DNA of 28,192 nt from a virus (Duplodnaviria > Caudoviricetes), in IMG/VR virus record IMGVR_UViG_3300014050_001597, positions 1 through 28,192 of that record, one strand, 5' to 3'. The notes below the pieces were generated by a model. That model was not told the DNA's origin. It did no database searches and saw only the letters and a list, made by a program, of their open reading frames with translations. Below are positions 1 to 7,652 of this stretch, piece after piece. Within the stretch, counting starts at the first letter, position 1. Every line of letters starts with the position of its first letter. Made by a program: the position numbers and the translations under genes.

Positions 1-90
1 CCGAGCCACACCGACCAGAGTATCGGGCGAAGTGCTATCCGTACCATACAGAAACTCGACCAACTCGTCTCGGGTGTTGAAGGTAATCAT
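1..90 (-). CDS. Hypothetical early protein, runs off the window (MITFNTRDELVEFLYGTDSTSPDTLVGVAR...)
   Basis: ATG at 90-88 (alternative in-frame ATG at 99), GAGGAG RBS at 105-100, consensus promoter upstream; frame open to base 1. Confidence 0.75.
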   Translation of the reverse strand, partial: MITFNTRDELVEFLYGTDSTSPDTLVGVAR

Positions 91-118
91 TTTTCTCATC
101 TCCTCTTGTGTTGAACGT

Positions 119-147
119 ATTATACATATCGTCTTTTCGCGTGTCAA
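119..147 (-). promoter_or_regulatory. Consensus sigma70 promoter
   Basis: Minus strand TTGACA (147-142), 17-nt spacer, TATAAT (124-119), with A/T tracts upstream (UP-element-like). Confidence 0.9.
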
Positions 148-182
148 TACCTTAGAAAAATTTTTTTGGATTTTTTTCTGAC

Positions 183-199
183 TGCAAATACTATGCCAA
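183..199 (-). promoter_or_regulatory. Sigma54 (-24/-12)-like site
   Basis: Minus strand TTGGCATAGTATTTGCA; GG-N10-GC spacing matches the RpoN consensus TGGCAC-N5-TTGCW. Confidence 0.6.
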
Positions 200-213
200 T
201 CAAGGGACCCATA

Positions 214-295
214 CATAAACCCATTCTACATATAGACTTACGTCAAATTTTCGGGCGAGATCTTGACGCAAGTCCTTATGCTACAATAACTTAGG
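214..295. repeat. Inverted pair of 29-bp 11-7-11 imperfect palindromes
   Basis: 214-242 (reverse complement CGTAAGTCTAT-ATGTAGA-ATGGGTTTATG) and 267-295 (CGCAAGTCCTT-ATGCTAC-AATAACTTAGG); GACTTACGTCAA (235-246) and TTGACGCAAGTC (263-274) form an 11/12 inverted repeat. Confidence 0.6.
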
Positions 296-408
296 GGGTT
301 TTTTCGTTTCCAGAAACCTGCTGGACCCCGGCCCTAAACTTGCCCGGTGGTCTAAACACAATAAGGGGCTGGTATATTAAAAGTCTTACCTAAACCTATA
401 AGGTTGCC

Positions 409-737
409 TTACCTCATCAGGTTGATTGTTGACACCACAGAAACCTGTTTCGATATCGGATCAAACACACGAATCTGAACAACATTAGTTCCACGATGGA
501 ACCAGCTTCTATTAAAAGGAATATTAAATCCATGATACGAGCTGCCTATAGTATACTGAAGTGCTGGTCGATACTGATTAGCCCACTGATATGCTACGAA
601 TCTGCCATTCACCCATACTCTTACAAGAACAGGAGAAGCCCCAGACCCCACTGTTTATCAATATATGGATCATTAGGAACAACGGACAATAGAGCTTTAG
701 ACTCTAATCTCTCTATACCCAGAACTTTTTTGTCCAT
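409..737 (-). pseudogene. Internally deleted/frameshifted S8 subtilase-like secreted protein with LEPR-XLL-like leader
   Basis: AAGGA RBS then ATG at 737: MDKKVLGIERLESKALLSVVPNDPYIDKQWGL, stop at 621. A second frame from ~645 gives SGASPVLVRVWVNG...ANQYRPAL...GSSYHGF. No catalytic triad motifs between the two parts. Confidence 0.6.
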
Positions 738-819
738 CACGGCGTCCTTGCGAAATTTGTAGAAAAATCTGACTCTTCGCAATTTAACCGAAAAATTTGT
801 TTTGTCAACATCACAGTGG

Positions 820-2619
820 CTACTCAACCGTTACACTTTTTGCTAGATTCCTAGGTTTGTCAACATTAAGACCCAACCCAACCGCACAATAATAGGATAG
901 TAATTGCACAGGTACTACAGCCAAGAACGGAGCCAGCATATCCATAATGGGTGGAACTTTAATATTATTAGAATCATCTAATCCAATAGATATAACCGGC
1001 CCACCTCGTGCTTGTATCTCTTGAATATTGTTTTGCAACTTACTATACTGTTCTATATTATTTCCTATCACCACAGTTGGGGTTAGTTCATCAATCAGGG
1101 CCAACGGCCCATGTTTCATTTCTGCTGCCGCATATCCTTCAGCATGTATATAACTAATTTCTTTAAGCTTTAAAGCCCCCTCCAATGCGATAGGAAAATT
1201 ATATCCTCGTCCCAAAAACAAGCAATCCTTCATCCCCATATACCACTGCGACACATCTTGAATAATATCTGCCGTCTGTAGTGTTTGATTAATTAGACTA
1301 GGCAGTTCTAAAATGCTATGAATAATGCTTTTTCGTAAAAGACTATTTTTATTTTGATTTTGTTGTATCCACAGTGCTAATAATAACAGCACCAGAACCT
1401 GATTAACGAATGTTTTCGTACTTGCAACACCTATCTCCACCCCAGACCTTAAAAAGATACCACAATCCGTCATCCTCGCCATAGAAGAATTAGGAACATT
1501 ACATATTCCAATAATAATTGCATTATGTTCTTTAGCCTTTTGAAGAGCCGCTATAGTATCTGCTGTTTCGCCACTTTGACTAATTCCTATAACAATATCT
1601 TTATCTTTATGAGCTGTTTTACGATATCTATATTCACTAGCGTATTCAACACTCACTTTAATATTAGTTAATTCTTCTATATAGTATTTACCAATCAATC
1701 CAGCATTCCAGCTAGACCCACAAGCTAATATAGTAATATGATGAGCTTCAGATAATATTTTCTCATAACCTATAAGGCCCCCCAATTTCACACACCCATC
1801 ACCCAACCGGCCACTGCAACACCTGATAATACTTTCTGGTTGCTCATATATCTCTTTAAGCATGTAAAACTCATAAGCCCCCTTCTCAGATGGCAACCTA
1901 TGATCAAGTACCTTTTCTATCTCATAATCAATTCCAACCCCATGAGTCATATCATAGGTAATAATTTGATTACTAATTTCACAGACAGTGTTGTCTTTGA
2001 CATAGACTAAATCAGAAATACCATCGTCTATACCAAGCTTATCTGAAGATATATAATATTCATCGTCTCCAACACCGATAATTAAAGAACTGCCCTTCTT
2101 AGCACACACCAGAGTTGTAGGATCATTTATATCGACCAACACAATAGCATAGGCCCCCACAATCTGCCCCAATGCTAGCTTAGTAGCTTCAAATAAAGAT
2201 AAGTTATTTTTAATTAATATATTATAAACTAAATATAATAAAGCCTCACTATCAGTATCACTTTTAAAAGGATACTCAGATAACGACTCTTTAATTTCTT
2301 TATAATTTTCAATAATACCATTATGAACCAAAGCTAATCTATTATCATATGTTACATGAGGATGACAGTTGCTTACTGACGGTTTTCCATGAGTGGCCCA
2401 GCGAGTATGGGATAGTCCACAGTATGATTTTAAGGACACTTCGCCCACCAGCTCTTTTAAAGACTGTACCGATCCTACGGCCTTATATGTTTTAAGTTCC
2501 GTTCCACAAACATAACAGGCGCCGGAACTATCATAGCCCCGGTATTCTAGGGATGATAGTTTGTCTATAAGATCAGACGAACACTCATTTTTACCTAAAT
2601 AAGCAACTATGCCACACAT
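820..2619 (-). CDS. glmS: Glutamine--fructose-6-phosphate aminotransferase (isomerizing)
   Basis: N-terminal MCGI with catalytic Cys, LEYRGYDS, HTRWATHG, SQSGETADT, GVASTKTF, C-terminal PRNLAKSVTVE. Confidence 0.97.
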   Translation of the reverse strand: MCGIVAYLGKNECSSDLIDKLSSLEYRGYDSSGACYVCGTELKTYKAVGSVQSLKELVGEVSLKSYCGLSHTRWATHGKPSVSNCHPHVTYDNRLALVHNGIIENYKEIKESLSEYPFKSDTDSEALLYLVYNILIKNNLSLFEATKLALGQIVGAYAIVLVDINDPTTLVCAKKGSSLIIGVGDDEYYISSDKLGIDDGISDLVYVKDNTVCEISNQIITYDMTHGVGIDYEIEKVLDHRLPSEKGAYEFYMLKEIYEQPESIIRCCSGRLGDGCVKLGGLIGYEKILSEAHHITILACGSSWNAGLIGKYYIEELTNIKVSVEYASEYRYRKTAHKDKDIVIGISQSGETADTIAALQKAKEHNAIIIGICNVPNSSMARMTDCGIFLRSGVEIGVASTKTFVNQVLVLLLLALWIQQNQNKNSLLRKSIIHSILELPSLINQTLQTADIIQDVSQWYMGMKDCLFLGRGYNFPIALEGALKLKEISYIHAEGYAAAEMKHGPLALIDELTPTVVIGNNIEQYSKLQNNIQEIQARGGPVISIGLDDSNNIKVPPIMDMLAPFLAVVPVQLLSYYCAVGLGLNVDKPRNLAKSVTVE

Positions 2620-2620
2620 T

Positions 2621-3538
2621 TTATAAGGTACTAAGGTACCAGTCTATGGTTTTCTTTAATCCTTCGACAAAATCTTGCTTGGCTTCCCATCCTAGGAGTT
2701 GTTTAGCCTTGGCCACGTTTAAAAATCTTCTTGGTTGACCATTTGGCTTGCTACAATCCCATAGAATATCGCCCCTATACTGCACCAATTCTTTAATAAT
2801 ATCAGCTAAAACCATTATGCTAACTTCTTTTCCAGACCCCACATTAATAGGAGATGGATCATTGACTTTTTCCATACCGTCTACTATAGCTCGTGCCGCA
2901 TCTTCCACATACAAAAACTCTCGTGTAGCAGATCCATCGCCCCAACAAGTCACATTTGGAAGATTCCTATCCTTGGCCTCTATAAATTTACGTATTAAGG
3001 CCGGAATAACATGGGACGAATCAGGATTAAAGTTATCATAAGGCCCATATAAATTAGTAGGCACAATTACACAACTATTTAAATTATACTGTTTTTGATA
3101 AGCGTCTAACATCACAAATAAGGCCTTTTTAGCCACCCCATACGGAGCATTAGTTTCTTCAGGATAACCATCCCAAATATCCTCTTCCATAAAAGGAGCA
3201 TCACAAAACTTAGGATAGGCACAAACTGTCCCTACCTGAACAAACTTATCAACTTTCCATAATCTGCTAACTTCTATAAGATTTAATCCCATAGCCATAT
3301 TAGCATAGAAAAATCGGCCACCATTGGCCATATTCGCCCCTATTCCTCCAACTTCCGCTGCTAGATGCACCACAACTGTTGGTTCAACATCATGAAATAA
3401 CTTATGTACATCCAGAGAGCGAGTTAAATCATAATCCTTTTTACGTGGCACAAACACATTGTAATATCCACGATCAGATAATTCTTTTTTAACAAAATGG
3501 CCTAAAAATCCCCCACCACCAGTTAATAATATTTTCAT
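2621..3538 (-). CDS. fcl: GDP-L-fucose synthase (GDP-4-keto-6-deoxymannose epimerase/reductase)
   Basis: TGGGGFLG, HLAAEVGGIGAN, YGVAK catalytic YxxxK, NLYGPYDNF, SSHVIPALIRK, WGDGSATREFLYV. Confidence 0.93.
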   Translation of the reverse strand: MKILLTGGGGFLGHFVKKELSDRGYYNVFVPRKKDYDLTRSLDVHKLFHDVEPTVVVHLAAEVGGIGANMANGGRFFYANMAMGLNLIEVSRLWKVDKFVQVGTVCAYPKFCDAPFMEEDIWDGYPEETNAPYGVAKKALFVMLDAYQKQYNLNSCVIVPTNLYGPYDNFNPDSSHVIPALIRKFIEAKDRNLPNVTCWGDGSATREFLYVEDAARAIVDGMEKVNDPSPINVGSGKEVSIMVLADIIKELVQYRGDILWDCSKPNGQPRRFLNVAKAKQLLGWEAKQDFVEGLKKTIDWYLSTL

Positions 3539-3553
3539 ATTTTTTTATACCTT

Positions 3554-3868
3554 TTAATACCTATAAGGAAAAACATTTCTATTAATATAATAAGGAACAC
3601 TAGGACACAACCCACAAGACCTAGGATAGAAATAAACAACTGGTTGAGGATTCGGAACCGGATAAACCACAAAATTATGTGAGACTATTGGCCGAAATTC
3701 CCAAGTATTAACCACAAGCTCCTTCTGCACAAATGTTGGCACAAAAGTTACAACAGGAGCTTGATAATATGAGAATGGTGCAATTGGTTGATAATAATAA
3801 CTAGCATCCTGACCATAAGTACTACAACATAAAACTAAAACTAATAATACGGTTAAGCTTTTAATCAT
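3554..3868 (-). CDS. Hypothetical secreted Tyr/Pro/Val-rich protein
   Basis: Hydrophobic N-terminal signal-like stretch, AAGGA RBS, co-oriented with fcl-glmS. Confidence 0.7.
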   Translation of the reverse strand: MIKSLTVLLVLVLCCSTYGQDASYYYQPIAPFSYYQAPVVTFVPTFVQKELVVNTWEFRPIVSHNFVVYPVPNPQPVVYFYPRSCGLCPSVPYYINRNVFPYRY

Positions 3869-3936
3869 AAAGATGTCCTTTACATAGCAAGGGGAAAAAT
3901 TTGCATTATAGATACTACTTAAATATTCATTTTCCT

Positions 3937-3974
3937 AAAAATAAAAGCTACCAGATCATAGGAACCGGTAGCTT
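3937..3974 (-). terminator. Rho-independent terminator after gene 4011-4238
   Basis: Minus strand AAGCTACC...GGTAGCTT stem followed by a T-rich tract (TTATTTTT). Confidence 0.7.
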
Positions 3975-4010
3975 CTATTTCAGAAACATTTCCTTGTTTT
4001 TAAAAACCCA

Positions 4011-4238
4011 TCAGACTACTGACGGGGCCACATTGTCCTTAATAACAGCGTTCTTACGAGGACGACCTCTGCTCTTCTTTAGAGCCAGCTTACGTCGCTG
4101 TCTACGAACCATAGCAGTAGTAATATTCTCATTTGTCATCTTACTTAGTGCTGCTGCCAGAAACTCATCACACAAATTGGTATGATTATTCTGAATATAG
4201 TCTAGTTCGGCAGATGTCCACTTCTTATAGTTGGCCAT
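4011..4238 (-). CDS. Small DNA-binding protein, Myb/HTH-like with AT-hook
   Basis: KKWTSAELDYIQNN helix start, KKSRGRPRK AT-hook, AGGAG RBS. Confidence 0.75.
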   Translation of the reverse strand: MANYKKWTSAELDYIQNNHTNLCDEFLAAALSKMTNENITTAMVRRQRRKLALKKSRGRPRKNAVIKDNVAPSVV

Positions 4239-4267
4239 AATAACTCCTTAAAAATCTTGAATGATAA

Positions 4268-4295
4268 TTGACAATTTGTCCAAACAACATATTAT
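4268..4295 (+). promoter_or_regulatory. Probable sigma70 promoter for the sigma-factor/packaging operon
   Basis: TTGACA (4268-4273), 16 nt, TATTAT (4290-4295); a GACAA-T-TTGTC palindrome overlaps the -35. Confidence 0.55.
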
Positions 4296-4328
4296 AGTAA
4301 GGGTTGGCAAGTTTGAGGCAAGAAAAAA

Positions 4329-4502
4329 ATGAACGAATCAAATATAAAAGCAAATAATATTATCGACTCAGTATTGCATATACGAGCATCAGGGAGTATA
4401 GAGGATGTGTCTGCTGATTTGCAGGCCCAGCCGACAAAAACTATAGCACAACTATTAGATGAAAAAACAACAGAAACCACCAAAAACGAAAACTCAGAGT
4501 GA
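4329..4502 (+). CDS. Hypothetical 57-aa protein (not in ORF track)
   Basis: MNESNIKANNIIDSVLHIRASGSIEDV...ENSE; GAGG upstream; fills the gap between the promoter and the sigma-like gene and overlaps its start. Confidence 0.5.
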   Translation: MNESNIKANNIIDSVLHIRASGSIEDVSADLQAQPTKTIAQLLDEKTTETTKNENSE

Positions 4503-5136
4503 ATTGCCTAATGGCGTTAAAACAGAAGATTTTTTGCAGGCGCTAGAAAATATTAGCAAAAGATTAGCTAATAAATTTAGATTTGCCTATCATAGTGTTG
4601 AAGATATGAAGCAGCAGGCTGCTGTCTTTGCTTTGGAGGGTTTACAAAATTATGATAATAAAAGACCATTAGAAAATTTCTTGTGGACGCACGTTCGTAA
4701 TCGTTTATTTAACTATAAGCGAAATAATTATCAGCGTCCGGATAAGCCTTGCCATTCTTGTCCGTTTTTTGATAAAGGATGCAAAGTGTCTATCAATCAG
4801 TGTGAAAAATACTCTAACAAATATGATTGTGATCTATATTCGGCTTGGGCTAAACGCAACGAAGTAAAGAAAAATATTATTCAACCTTCATATATAGAAA
4901 CCTCATTACATCAATCGGTACAGCCTACTGATTTTGATATGAGTATGCAGAATCAAGAACTAATCAATTTTTTAGATACAAATATACAGAGCGAATTTAG
5001 AGAAAGCTATTTAAAGCTAAAGCATGGTTCCAAGATATCAAAACTAGATTTGAAAAAGTTACAGCAACATATCCTTAACCTAATGGAGACTCACAATTGG
5101 AAACCAACAACGTTCCAAGAAAACGAGGACAATTAG
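4459..5136 (+). CDS. Phage sigma-factor-like protein (sigma70 region 2 plus Cys-rich segment); candidate late sigma
   Basis: LANKF...EDMKQQAAVFALEGLQNYD...LENFLWTHVRNRLFNYKR resembles region 2; followed by CHSC..C..C..C. Confidence 0.7.
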   Translation: MKKQQKPPKTKTQSELPNGVKTEDFLQALENISKRLANKFRFAYHSVEDMKQQAAVFALEGLQNYDNKRPLENFLWTHVRNRLFNYKRNNYQRPDKPCHSCPFFDKGCKVSINQCEKYSNKYDCDLYSAWAKRNEVKKNIIQPSYIETSLHQSVQPTDFDMSMQNQELINFLDTNIQSEFRESYLKLKHGSKISKLDLKKLQQHILNLMETHNWKPTTFQENEDN

Positions 5137-5918
5137 GACTCGATGAAGAAAAATATATTAGAGACAACTACAAGTCTTTAGGTATACAGCAAATTGCTGA
5201 TAACTTAAATAGAACAGTAGCTCCTATTCAAAGATATATCTCTGAAAATCAGTTGTCTATGGTCGAAGTAGATAATGATTCAGAAATATTGAAACACAAA
5301 TTACACACTAAGACATTCTGGTCAGAAATACAAAGACAATTCGATTCAGATACTGGTGAACTTCAGTATTTTGAGGATACATGGGTTGGATTAATTAGGC
5401 AGTTTCGAGAAGATGTTTTACCGGCCGAAGAATTACAAATCAAACAATTTATTACTATAGATATTCTTATCAATCGTAGTATGAAAGAGCGCAAGAGACA
5501 TATTGCAGAAACAGAGAAGCTACAGAGACAAGTAGACAAAGAATACGAGAAAGAAGAGAGTGCCAGAGATATACCGAAACTGGCGAATCTGGAAACCCAA
5601 CTGAGCTTTGCTCGCAATAGCATTGCTAATTATACGAATGAATATACTAAGTTACTTAATGAGCAGCAAAAAATAAGTAAGGACTTAAAGGCGACAAGAG
5701 AACAAAGAATTAAACGAATTGAAGACGGAAAAAGTAGTTGGGTAGGACTAATACGCATGTTGGAAGATGAAGAAGTAAGAGAGAAAGAAGGACGAGAAAT
5801 GGAAATTTTAAATATGGCTACAGAAAAAGTTAAACAAAAATTAACTGATTATCATACATATCAAGATGGGACAGTTGATCAACCATTTTTAACACCCGAA
5901 AGTGTGGAACATGAATAA
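5097..5918 (+). CDS. Probable terminase small subunit (N-terminal HTH, long coiled coil)
   Basis: TTG start with GGAG RBS; HTH-like IQQIADNLNRTVAPIQRYI; position upstream of TerL. Function is inferred from architecture and synteny only. Confidence 0.5.
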   Translation: METNNVPRKRGQLGLDEEKYIRDNYKSLGIQQIADNLNRTVAPIQRYISENQLSMVEVDNDSEILKHKLHTKTFWSEIQRQFDSDTGELQYFEDTWVGLIRQFREDVLPAEELQIKQFITIDILINRSMKERKRHIAETEKLQRQVDKEYEKEESARDIPKLANLETQLSFARNSIANYTNEYTKLLNEQQKISKDLKATREQRIKRIEDGKSSWVGLIRMLEDEEVREKEGREMEILNMATEKVKQKLTDYHTYQDGTVDQPFLTPESVEHE

Positions 5919-6912
5919 AACAGCAATCATTAGCGGAGTAACAGGACAAGACGGATCATATCTTGCAGAACTATTGCTTGACTCTGGATATACAGTAGTA
6001 GGACTATACAGAAGATCAAGCATATCTAATTTTGAAAGAATCAACCATATCAGAAATAAAAATCTATTGCTGGAGGAATTTGACTTAACAGACCCAAGTT
6101 CCTGCATCTATATTATCAATAAATATCGACCAAACGAGTTCTATAACCTTGCAGCACAGAGTCATGTTGGGACAAGCTTTAATCAGCCAACAACCACATT
6201 TGAAATTGATACGATAGGGGTTATCAATTTACTAGAAAGTATTAGAAAATTTTCTCCACATACAAAATTTTATCAAGCTAGTACTAGCGAAATGTTTGGT
6301 GCAAATTATTCTGTAGACGCCTCTGGTAATAAATATCAGGATGAAGAGACCAAGTTTCTTCCACAAAGCCCATATGCCGTAGCTAAAATGGCCAGTCATC
6401 GCATGATACAAATATACAGAGAAGCCTATAACATCTATGCTTGCTCTGGAATATTGTTTAATCACGAGAGTCCACGTAGAGGCGTCAACTTTGTAACCAG
6501 AAAAATTACCAATTTTATAGGACAAGTAGCATCCAAGTCACCACTATCTGCACCAAAACTGGGTTTGGGCAATTTATCGGCTAGTAGAGATTGGGGACAT
6601 GCCAGAGATTATGTATATGGGATGTTTTTAATGTTGCAACAAGACAAGGCGGAAGATTATGTTTTAAGTACTGGTGAAACATATACTGTTCAGAAATTTT
6701 GTGAGAAAGCATTTTCATATGCTGGTTTGAATTGGGAAGATTATGTATTTATAGATCCTGAGTTTTATAGACCTTGTGAAGTTAATTATCTAAAAGGCAA
6801 TAGTAATAAAGCTAGAAAACAACTCGGATGGCTTCCGAAGGTATCTTTTGACGATTTAGTTAAAGATATGGTTGATAGTGATATTGCTAGGTATAAAAAT
6901 ACTAATGTTTAA
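5911..6912 (+). CDS. gmd: GDP-mannose 4,6-dehydratase
   Basis: GVTGQDGSYLAELLL, YNLAAQSHV, FYQASTSEMFG, SPYAVAK, ILFNHESPRRG, FVTRKIT, RDWGHARDYV; likely start ATG 5911 overlapping the previous stop. Confidence 0.97.
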   Translation: MNKTAIISGVTGQDGSYLAELLLDSGYTVVGLYRRSSISNFERINHIRNKNLLLEEFDLTDPSSCIYIINKYRPNEFYNLAAQSHVGTSFNQPTTTFEIDTIGVINLLESIRKFSPHTKFYQASTSEMFGANYSVDASGNKYQDEETKFLPQSPYAVAKMASHRMIQIYREAYNIYACSGILFNHESPRRGVNFVTRKITNFIGQVASKSPLSAPKLGLGNLSASRDWGHARDYVYGMFLMLQQDKAEDYVLSTGETYTVQKFCEKAFSYAGLNWEDYVFIDPEFYRPCEVNYLKGNSNKARKQLGWLPKVSFDDLVKDMVDSDIARYKNTNV

Positions 6913-7180
6913 ACGCAATTTTGATGATCCAGAATATAAAAAATGGAGAACTAACGTATACAAAAGAGATAAACATCAATGTCAATGGCCTGGGTGTAGT
7001 ACAAAGAAAAAACTAAATGCGCATCATATTAAAACATGGGCCCAGTTTCCTGGTTTAAGATTTGATGTTAATAACGGTATCACATTATGCTATGCCCATC
7101 ATAAACTTATTAAAGGATTAGAACATATATACGAAGCAGTATTCTTAAAAATATTAGCAGATAAAAAAACAAATGACTAA
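6905..7180 (+). CDS. HNH endonuclease (terminase-associated type)
   Basis: WRTNVYKRDKHQCQWPGC...AHHI...NGITLCYAHH; likely start ATG 6905. Confidence 0.88.
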   Translation: MFKRNFDDPEYKKWRTNVYKRDKHQCQWPGCSTKKKLNAHHIKTWAQFPGLRFDVNNGITLCYAHHKLIKGLEHIYEAVFLKILADKKTND

Positions 7181-7652
7181 TTTAAATAACTTTACCATCA
7201 TCATAGACACCCGAGAACAACAACCTTGGGTATTTAATAACTATACTACAGCTAATCGTAAGCTAGATACGGGTGATTACAGTATAGAAGGACTAGAGCA
7301 TCTATTATGTATTGAGCGTAAAAAAAGCGCTAGTGAATTTGCTAACAATATTATCGAAAGCAGATTTAAAGATGTTATTATGAGAATGAGTAATATGAAA
7401 TACTCGTTTTTATTATTAGAATTTGATCTAGAAGATTTACTAATCTATCCCATAGGGTCAACAGTACCCAAAAAAATGTGGGATAAAATCAAAATTAGTC
7501 CAGCATTTTTGATTAAGAATATTTTAGACCTAGAACTATTACATAATATTAAAGTTGTATTTTGTGGAGATGCAACCAATGCAGCTAAATTAGCAGAGAT
7601 GATTCTTAAAAAAATTCATTATCTAGAAGTAGTGAAACAAAATAATGGTTAA
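7173..7652 (+). CDS. ERCC4-domain (XPF/Mus81-like) nuclease
   Basis: IIIDTREQ, GDYS, IERKKS motifs. Confidence 0.82.
   Translation: MTNLNNFTIIIDTREQQPWVFNNYTTANRKLDTGDYSIEGLEHLLCIERKKSASEFANNIIESRFKDVIMRMSNMKYSFLLLEFDLEDLLIYPIGSTVPKKMWDKIKISPAFLIKNILDLELLHNIKVVFCGDATNAAKLAEMILKKIHYLEVVKQNNG

Noticed and set aside
324-353. GC-rich imperfect hairpin GACCCCGG...CCGGTGGTC
   Set aside because: Bulged stem with no adjacent U-tract; function cannot be supported
2619-2621. glmS ribozyme upstream of glmS
   Set aside because: fcl ends 1 nt before the glmS start, so there is no leader
820-6912. Bacterial LPS/capsule locus or prophage boundary
   Set aside because: gmd is interleaved and overlapping with phage packaging genes; no wzx/wzy, integrase or att site seen
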